Shown piece after piece: positions 56,401 through 64,000 of a DNA stretch of 64,000 nt; position 1 is the stretch's first letter, and every line of letters starts with the position of its first letter. Position numbers and translations under genes: made by a program. The DNA comes from Gekko japonicus (lineage: Eukaryota): the NCBI RefSeq assembly GCF_001447785.1, contig NW_015169226.1, positions 248,001-312,000 on the forward strand, in the 5' to 3' direction. The notes under the pieces were generated by a model. The model had not been told where the DNA came from. It worked only from the letters and a program-made list of their open reading frames with translations, and searched no databases.

Positions 56401-59400
56401 ATGGAAAGAAAGGGAAAGGGGGAAAGAAGGAAAAGAAATGGAAAGAAAAGGAGAGAAAGAAAGGGGAAAAGAAAGATATGGAAAGAGAGGAAAAGAGAAA
56501 GAAATGGAAAGAAAGGGAAAGGGGGAAAGAAGGAAAAGAAATGGAAAGAAAAGGAGAGAAAGAAAGGGGAAAAGAAAGATATGGAAAGAGAGGAAAAGAG
56601 AAAGAAATGCAATTGCAGAAAGCTGGCTTGGAGAAGGCATGCACTTAAAAGTACTGTTGCTCTAAGTGCCTGCCTTCTCCGAGCCATACAATTGGAGAAA
56701 GCAGGCTTGGAGAAGGCAGGTCACTTAGAGGGAAAGTTCTGCCTTCTCCAAACCCACTCCTTGGCCCCCTGCACTGAGATGAAAATCTGTGTGCTGGGGG
56801 TCAGAAATTAGCACAATTTAGGGGGAACCCTGCTCACCACCCATCTGCAATACCCACCTAGCTTACAGGTATTATCGAGACTGTGTATGTGAATCACTCA
56901 GAACAGTCAACAGCACTGCATTAAGAGTTATCATTAACTCTCTGATTTAGATTTGTCAGTTATGATAGCTTGTTTTACACATTTTGCTTGGCACCCCAGT
57001 CTGTTTTCTCTCATCATCATCCTGACTCATAACTCTTAGGCTGTACTATACATGTCAGTCAGGTCTGCCATGTATATACCAGTGTCGCTCACAGCAAAGT
57101 ATGACCACTATTCACATATCCTTAAACACCCAAGAACATGAGTCCAAGAGTCATACTGCAACTCCACAACACATATATACCTTGCCTGTCTGTCTGCTGT
57201 GGGTACACTGGTGTATCTGTAACAAATGTGTAAGAAGTATTTCTTAATTCCGATGACCAGCAACTACCAAAGCCACTACTGTATACTCAAACTTGATTGG
57301 GAAATCCTCTACGTGAAATTTCCCCATCAAATGCAATATCAATAGAGATGAATTCAAAGAGAGGACAGTAGTTATGCAAGATCTTGAAAGAATCAGAAAA
57401 CCAAGCCGTTTAAGCTGTTAATAAAGTGACATTTAAAAACACCATTTGCAAGCATCTTAAGGAAATATTTATACTGGTTCTACTAAGCAACAGAATTATG
57501 AAAAAAACATATTAGCAGTTAATTTTCCTAATATTTAAATAAGGGAAGGAAAGATGAAACTTTGGCTTACTAGGAATCTACATCACTGATACACAGCATC
57601 CTAGGAAAGAGCCCTATAGGATCTTTCCTAAGCTTAAGGGCAAGGAACTCTAGGAGATCACTAAGAATATTTTTATGGGATCCCTAAGAATATTTTTCTA
57701 ACACTAACATCTCACGATAACCAGCTAGCTAAACAATTCTTTTTCCTGGTGGAAAGGTTTCTAGTTAAAGAGGAAGGAAATATTCCAAAGGTGGTTCCAA
57801 CAAAAGTAATCCAGATCTTATGTAAAGAGATGCTTCCACACTGGCATTCTTCTCTTCAAAGAAGTGAAGTCAGTTCTGCACGTTTTACAATAGCCAATAA
57901 GGGGGGGGGGGGAAACAACACCACAGAGCACAATCAGAGTGAATTTTTATATCCCACAGAGGGATTACTGATTGCCTTTTACTGAAACAAATGTGAAAGG
58001 ACTATTGTCATTTTTCTAGTTACGCTGTGCATGACAAAAGGTGCTGTCTCTACAGAATTCATGCCATTATTCACCGCGGGTAACACTGTTTTGTTTCAGT
58101 TACCGTGTCATTCCAGAACTCAGGTCCCAGAGTTCCTGTGAGAAGGTGAGTTATTACAATACAGAGTTCAGACTCTGTAACATCAAATCTATGCATGAGG
58201 AAAAGAAACATTTAAAATCATTGTACTAAGAGATCTTTAGCTTAACAGTTCCATGGAACAGATTTTCACTGACAATTAATAATACATATTTGAAATAAAA
58301 TAGACAGCTCTTTTAAAATGTTACAAATAGTTATTACAGAGGCCAATACATGGCCTGAAAAGCAGTAATGACTACAATCCACATCCAATTGAAGTCAGTG
58401 GTAAACCTCCCAATGTGTTCATTAGTCTTGGATTATACTCCTGAAAAGGAGTTTGAACATATTCCAAAAACAATAATAAAACAAACGTCATACAAATCAA
58501 AATAAAAGGTTTACATCTTCAACTCTAACTTAAATTTAAAGCAAATCCTATACATCTTCTACAGCAGCAGTTCTGAAATAGTTTACATACGCCACTAAAA
58601 ACACACATCAACACATGCAAGCCATAAATTATGCTAAATGAGTGAAACAATAATTTTAAATTCTATGTAAAGTATGTTATATACTTTATATATATATCAT
58701 TATAATTGGCTGTAATGAACTAGCAGCATAGAAAGGTCTGAGCCATGCAATTACATCAAACCAATGTCCAGGATATCCTTCAGGCTCTGCAGTGTTCTCT
58801 GACCTTGAACTTTATGGGTTGGCTTCTATGATCCAGAAACAGAATAAGTTTGTGGAACAGATCTCTCCCTCTTCCCTCTGTAACCCCCACCTGCTCCCAA
58901 AGCAGTCCGAGGGGGGCAGAGGACTCTTGGGAACAGAGTAGGATGTGGCATGGAGGCTGCAGCAAAAAGGACTCACCACTCCACAAACAGAAGAGTTAAT
59001 GCAAGAAGAGGTGTTTCTGATTTCCGCTGACTTCCTGTCTAGCTGCAGCCCTACATGCTATGTTATACTCTAAGCCCCAGGATCCCTGATCCACAGGAAC
59101 TTCTTTTCAGGAGGAAGGAAACAAGGGGAGAGACCTTTTCCATTAACTCATTCTGTTCATGGTTCACAGGCTCCAATCCAATATTTTTGACTGCAATATT
59201 TTAATTGCGTTATTTTAGTACTTCATCATCAGCCAAGACCACAAATATGCAACTATATGGCTTGAACATGTGCATAACTTTGCTTAAGAATCATCCCTGA
59301 TGAGAGAAACTATGGGAAGGAAGTTTTATCAACAAGATTAAGAATTTATTGTGCTCTGTTTTACCTATTTGTAGGACAAACCGTAAATTGACCCGATGAA

Positions 59401-62400
59401 GCTCTCGTTATCTACATTCAGATCAGGTTTAATACAAACAATACTGGGCCATAGTCATTCTCCAGACTTTTGGTGCTTCCACTCTCTAGCAGCTCTCCTA
59501 ATGCAGTGTGTGAGCATCTTTCATTCTTCTTTTTGAACTCATTTATAACCCAGACTATTTTCTGCTTTACAATTTCCATATGCTATTTAAGTCAGTCGTA
59601 CTTTGTTTTGAACCATGTTGACATTCAGTCTAAATTTCAAAAACAGCTATTTTCAACTTCACAATTAATGGTTTGTCCTTTTGAAAAAATCACTCCTCAC
59701 AGCAGCCAACTAGCATTACTACTTTGGAAAGTTGTAAGCATCAGAAGGCTGTGAGCTCTCATCATATTACATTAGCTCAGGTTTCAGGACAGGCACTAAC
59801 TAATCAAGTGTTCACCCTATCCCTGGCCCAGAGCTCAGTAAGCACACTAAGGTCCATGCGTGAGGGCCAAAGACCACTGCACAGCACAAGGACATTTATC
59901 TTGAGCCAAATTAGATAAACTCTAGGAAGTAGAAAGCTCGGAGACAGAAGACGAATCAGGCCTGTGTGCACTTACCTGGAAGCAAGCCCAACTGAATTAA
60001 TCTACGTAGCTAATTCTGAACCTGGCCCCAGAGTGTAGATCAAAAATCTACACAATGAGGCCAATTGTAGAAACGGGAGATACTTCTACAAATCTGGAGG
60101 TAGCCCCAGGTTTGTAGAAAAACCTTAAGTTGACAAAAGAGGAGGCGATAGAACTGTGAATGCATACTCACATACTTGACTCTTAGCTGGTTTACTTACA
60201 TTCCAAAGCGCAACGTTCCAGAGACATATGTCTGCCAATGTGCACAGTAAAACATAAACGTCCCAGCAAAACAGCAAAAGAACATCCAGTCAGGATTTGT
60301 CCCCAGCTGCACAGCAATACACGTTCCCAAGACCACAAAAACTGCAGAGAAAATCAGTTACAATGAGCAAAGACTACAGGTTTTAGAACAAAAGCCTTGA
60401 GAAATAAATGTTGACATTAGTTCATCAATATGCTACTCAATATCCAGTGATATTAAATGGATTCTCTTACTTACTGCATGGTAAGTTTTTTTAAGCATAG
60501 CATTGGTATGTCAAAATTCCAAGATCAATGAATGTTCTAAGAAATAAATAAAATGTACAAGCTGGAAACAAACATCGCATACAAACCAAATTAACCAGGA
60601 GGGCAGGTGTGTTCTCAGTTCCATCAGAGTATATTTTTAAAAAACAAATGAATATTACTAGTAATACCACAATAGTATTACTAATAGTAATAATATTACG
60701 AATGAGCAACCTGATCATTTCCCTCAACATAAGTTCGCAACAGGCTATCAACAGGTGATTATTTATACAGAGCAACAAATGTGACCATCTCCTTAGGACT
60801 AATCCTGAACAAACTCCAGTGACTTGTTGATTCTGCAAGTATACCAAGGGAATGGGGAAACAAAGCTGCAAGGGGGAAAACTTACTTTCTATAGAAATCA
60901 ACAGACTTTAGAAAACAGTTTCTATAGCTGAGTTTAACAGAAATTAATGTAAGTCCAAAATGTGGAAATATTATTTGTATTATTATGCTATAGATTTCAA
61001 TATTCCTTGTTTGAAAATAAAATTTAAAATGAATCAATAGAGTGCTGAAATTGAATACAAATAGCTTCTCATCTAAACAGTTTTATTAAAAGAAAGTATT
61101 TTGAATACACACACCCTTCATGGATTTTAAGAAAGCAATCCTGAAACAGCAGGACACTGCTCATTGGGAGTGCACTTAGCCATGCATCCTTTTAAAGGCT
61201 GCAGGAATGTTCATGTCAATAAACTTTCTGTTCTATTATTCAAAGCCTACCCAGGCACGGAGTAGCCTAATCACAACATACTCTAATAGGGTTGGTTGGT
61301 TCAAGCACAGAGAATCTGAGTTACAGTTCTTTATTGTAAATGCAATGTGCTGTCTGTGCAACTGGAAGCTTGTTTCAGTTCTTTCAAAGTATTACTGAAG
61401 TGAAACAAAACTTACAAAGCTAGCACAGCCAGATATAAAAAGTATATTAAAAGGATTCTGTCTAAGCTTTAGCCAGTTGCCCTGCAGAAAAAAATCAGGG
61501 ATTGCACAACTCTTTTGTTTCCAATATTTGGGAACTTCCCTGAGCCATAGTACATAAGCTAACAACCACACAAGAATGGAAATACAGCAAATACAGTTGT
61601 GTGAACAAATAACCAGAATAATCTGTCACGCTGTACAAATCACATGCAAGACTTCCATCTTCTTTTACAGTCCTACTTACAAACGATACACATAAAGATG
61701 CATAAATGACACCTACACCAGTTGAATAGTGACCTTATAGTCCTTGAAAGTACAAGTCTCTCTTTAGAATGATGCAGTCACTGGCTCATGATGCAGAGAA
61801 GACTTTCAAACAGAATAGCCATAGCGCAAACCGAAGGAGTGGCAACGGCATGCCTAGGTTGCTTCACCATTTCTTAGGGCTTCATCAGGCGTCTTTTCTT
61901 AGAAATGGAGCCCACCCAGCTCTGATAAGATTCAAAATGACACAAAGTCTACAAGTATATTCCAGATAGCTCTGGAATTTGGAATATACTTGTAGACTTT
62001 GTGTCATTTTGGATCTTACCAGAGCTGGGTGGGCTCCATCCCTAAGAAAAGCAGCCTGATGAAGCCCTAAGAAACAGTGAAGCAACCAAGGCATGCCGTT
62101 GCCACTCCTTTAGTTTGCGCTACGGCTACTCTTGAGCCCATGCTGTCCACATGCTGTCTTCTCTGCATCATGAACCGGTGACTGCATCATTCTAAAGAGA
62201 GACTTGTACTTTCAAAGACTTTCAGGTGTAGATGTCATTTATGCACGGTGGCAAAACCATTTGTTATGTGTATCACTTATGGTTGTAAGTAGAACTGTAT
62301 AATAAGAAGACAGTAGTCTCAAGTGTGATTTGTATAGCATAACAGATTATTCTGGTTATTTGTTAGCACAATAGTATATAAGATAGCTCAGGATGTACAC

Positions 62401-63243
62401 AGTTCGTTAAAACTTTACAACCAGCATTTGGGAGCCTTTACTCATTTAATTCTGATCTCTAGGATTTGCATAAGAAACAGGAAAAGGTTCAAAAAGGCAG
62501 TTATGAGATACTTTTCAATGATGAAAGTGAAAACTAAAAAAACCTGTTTCAGTTCAGCTCTACTGGGGAGCGTTGCCTATTTAAACAGCAAAATAGATAT
62601 ATTTTAAATATTTTAAGTGATGACATGATTTAACAATGAAAACCTTTGCAGAGTTACTCATGTCTAAGACCACTTATTTTGATGGGTTTACACAGTGTTT
62701 TAAGATTGCACTGCACATTACTGCACATTAAGTTAGCTAACCCAATTTAGATATGTGTTAAGCACACAACCCATATCTCTAAAATGTGGCAACAATATAA
62801 TCTCTATTCCAGATGGGAAGCCAAGTTAATCTGCAGCAGCAAAATAAAACAGAAGTGCACTCATACCTTAAGGACTAACAAAACTTATTTCAGCATAAGC
62901 TTTGGTGAATCACGAAAACTTATGATATAATACATTTGGTTAGCCTTTAAGGTGGCATGGGACTCCAATATAATCACAGCACATTATTCGCTTTGCAACA
63001 GGATCCAATAATTTTTCGGTTTTCTAGTTTTGTATTCTACATACCCTCCAGAGTGTAAATAATTTAATAGACAAATGTCTTTTAGCAGTAAATACCTGTG
63101 GACAGTGAGTCACAGCCATGGTCAAAAAGTTCTCCCAAAGGGCTACTAGTATTTGTTCTTCTTGCTTGCTTTCCATCTATGGCATCCAAAGACTGGTATA
63201 TGAAAAGACCACAAGCACATGCAATATATGCCCAAGCAGGTGC
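40776..63243 (-). CDS. CEPT1: Choline/ethanolamine phosphotransferase 1, multi-exon, 5'-partial; complement(join(40776..40895,42811..42936,43278..43436,44362..44493,48228..48312,60200..60341,63096..63243))
   Basis: Seven exons total 912 nt (303 aa plus stop) in frame. They include the CDP-alcohol phosphotransferase motif [26 protein letters not shown] and a C-terminus ...[19 protein letters not shown] typical of CEPT1. Confidence 0.96.
42811..42936 (-). CDS. CEPT1: CEPT1 coding exon ([42 protein letters not shown])
   Basis: Acceptor ttcctacag, donor gtaagt. Confidence 0.96.
43278..43436 (-). CDS. CEPT1: CEPT1 coding exon ([53 protein letters not shown])
   Basis: Acceptor ttctttgcatag, donor gtaagt. 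Confidence 0.96.
44362..44493 (-). CDS. CEPT1: CEPT1 coding exon ([44 protein letters not shown])
   Basis: Acceptor cctcctgttaag, donor gtgagt; [11 protein letters not shown] motif. Confidence 0.95.
46320..46632. mobile_element. GC-rich non-autonomous hAT element
   Basis: Ends caggg...cccctg; 8-bp TSD tgcacagt (46312-46319, 46633-46640). Confidence 0.85.
47414..47450. repeat. (TAAA)n microsatellite
   Basis: Direct reading. Confidence 0.9.
48228..48312 (-). CDS. CEPT1: CEPT1 coding exon ([28 protein letters not shown])
   Basis: Acceptor cctaatcag, donor gtaaat. Confidence 0.95.
49785..50072 (-). mobile_element. tRNA/MIR-derived SINE (Squam3-like)
   Basis: Highly similar to 10187-10470. Confidence 0.8.
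50213..51884. mobile_element. 1.67-kb composite non-autonomous hAT element
   Basis: TIR caggggtcgtttca / tgaaatgacccctg; 8-bp TSD gaccatag (50205-50212, 51885-51892). Confidence 0.8.
52312..52752. mobile_element. hAT (Charlie-like) non-autonomous element
   Basis: caggggtcccca...tggggaccctg; 8-bp TSD gtataagc (52304-52311, 52753-52760). Confidence 0.85.
54383..54592. mobile_element. Fold-back element, probably Penelope pLTR-derived
   Basis: Arms agcaccttaaaggctaacaaaattt / aaattttgttagcctttaaggtgct. Confidence 0.6.
56385..56608. repeat. Polypurine tract with a 103-bp unit duplicated
   Basis: The same atggaaagaaagggaaagggggaaag... unit starts at 56401 and 56504. Confidence 0.85.
60200..60341 (-). 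CDS. CEPT1: CEPT1 coding exon ([47 protein letters not shown])
   Basis: Acceptor tttctctgcag, donor gtaagt; [14 protein letters not shown] motif. Confidence 0.96.
61597..62371. repeat. ~775-bp palindrome (arms ~370-390 bp, 15-nt loop) in a CEPT1 intron
   Basis: Left arm 61597-61964 is the reverse complement of 61980-62371, with scattered substitutions and indels. Confidence 0.93.
63096..63243 (-). CDS. CEPT1: CEPT1 catalytic-motif exon ([49 protein letters not shown])
   Basis: Acceptor atttctctcag, donor gtattt; DGxxARx8GxxxDxxxD motif. Confidence 0.97.
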
Positions 63244-64000
63244 CTGAGAGAAATACATATGTGAACAGCAGTGAAATGTAGATTAGCTATATTTCTTACA
63301 CGCTGCAAAACCATCCTTAATTGTTTGTAGAAGGGTACAAATACTGACACTTGCATGATATACAGTGGTGTATTGCATGAATAAAGGAAATTATATCAAA
63401 ACATATTAATGATTAAAAAGGTGGCAACAGCCCGTCAATTTAGTGAATTGCTTGATAAACAAAGACTGCACCATAATGCTGCATATGGAAAATGAGTCTA
63501 AATATTGTTCTGCTTTCTAAAGCTTAATTTTAATAACCTGGGTATGTCAGAAACAATCAGCTGATCTTTCCTCACTCTCCATCTGCTAACAACGCAGAAA
63601 ATTTTGCAGCTTTCAGAATACACATGGAAAAACTAGTAATAATTTTTACAAGGTCTGTTTTGTGGGGCCTCAGTGAAGCGTTAAAGCACTCACTTGAACA
63701 GCTGAACAGTTGCTTTCTGCTTGTGGGTCACCATAATCTGGATAGGAACTATTCACATCCACTGATGTTAATATATGGAGTAATTTGTTGTCCAGCTTTA
63801 ACAGGTTACTTATATGAACCTTCCAAATCCCCAAGATCATTATTTTTTTTAATCATAGCTAAATGATAAGGTCCCCAATGAGCACTTGCTCTCCCAGCTG
63901 TCTGGGCAAACGTTTGATGGGTTCTGCCACGGGGTATCTGTATTTTGAGATGTTGCAATCTTATGAGCACTAGAAATATGGATTTTCAACAAAGGCCTTT

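Noticed and set aside
56347-56811. 154-aa Lys/Arg/Glu-rich ORF and its antisense Phe/Ser-rich ORFs
   Set aside because: Translation of a low-complexity purine repeat.
61769-62094. Two similar small ORFs on opposite strands
   Set aside because: They are mirror translations of the palindrome arms; no coding evidence.

Overview
Vertebrate genomic DNA; the repeat content (BovB, MIR-derived SINEs, hAT MITEs, Penelope) suggests a squamate, probably a gecko (inference). Two convergent protein-coding genes are present. DENND2D is on + with 11 coding exons from 2642 to the stop at 37543; its first exon lies left of the window. CEPT1 is on - with 7 coding exons from 63243 down to the stop at 40776; its first coding exon lies right of the window. 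Both exon chains splice in frame with GT-AG boundaries, and the tail-to-tail arrangement matches the mammalian locus as I recall it. The introns are dense with mobile DNA: a young 5'-truncated RTE-X-like LINE with an open RT frame and a 10-bp TSD, BovB, L2, CR1, Rex1/Babar and L1 fragments, a Neptune-type Penelope GIY-YIG fragment, tRNA-derived SINEs, a solo LTR and many hAT-type non-autonomous elements with 8-bp TSDs. The most unusual structures are a ~775-bp palindrome in a CEPT1 intron whose two arms each carry a hammerhead-ribozyme-like core, other inverted-repeat elements that are probably Penelope-derived, a 1.67-kb TSD-bounded composite hAT element, and a templated A-B-A duplication. 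No CRISPR or prokaryote-type system is present. There are three assembly gaps.
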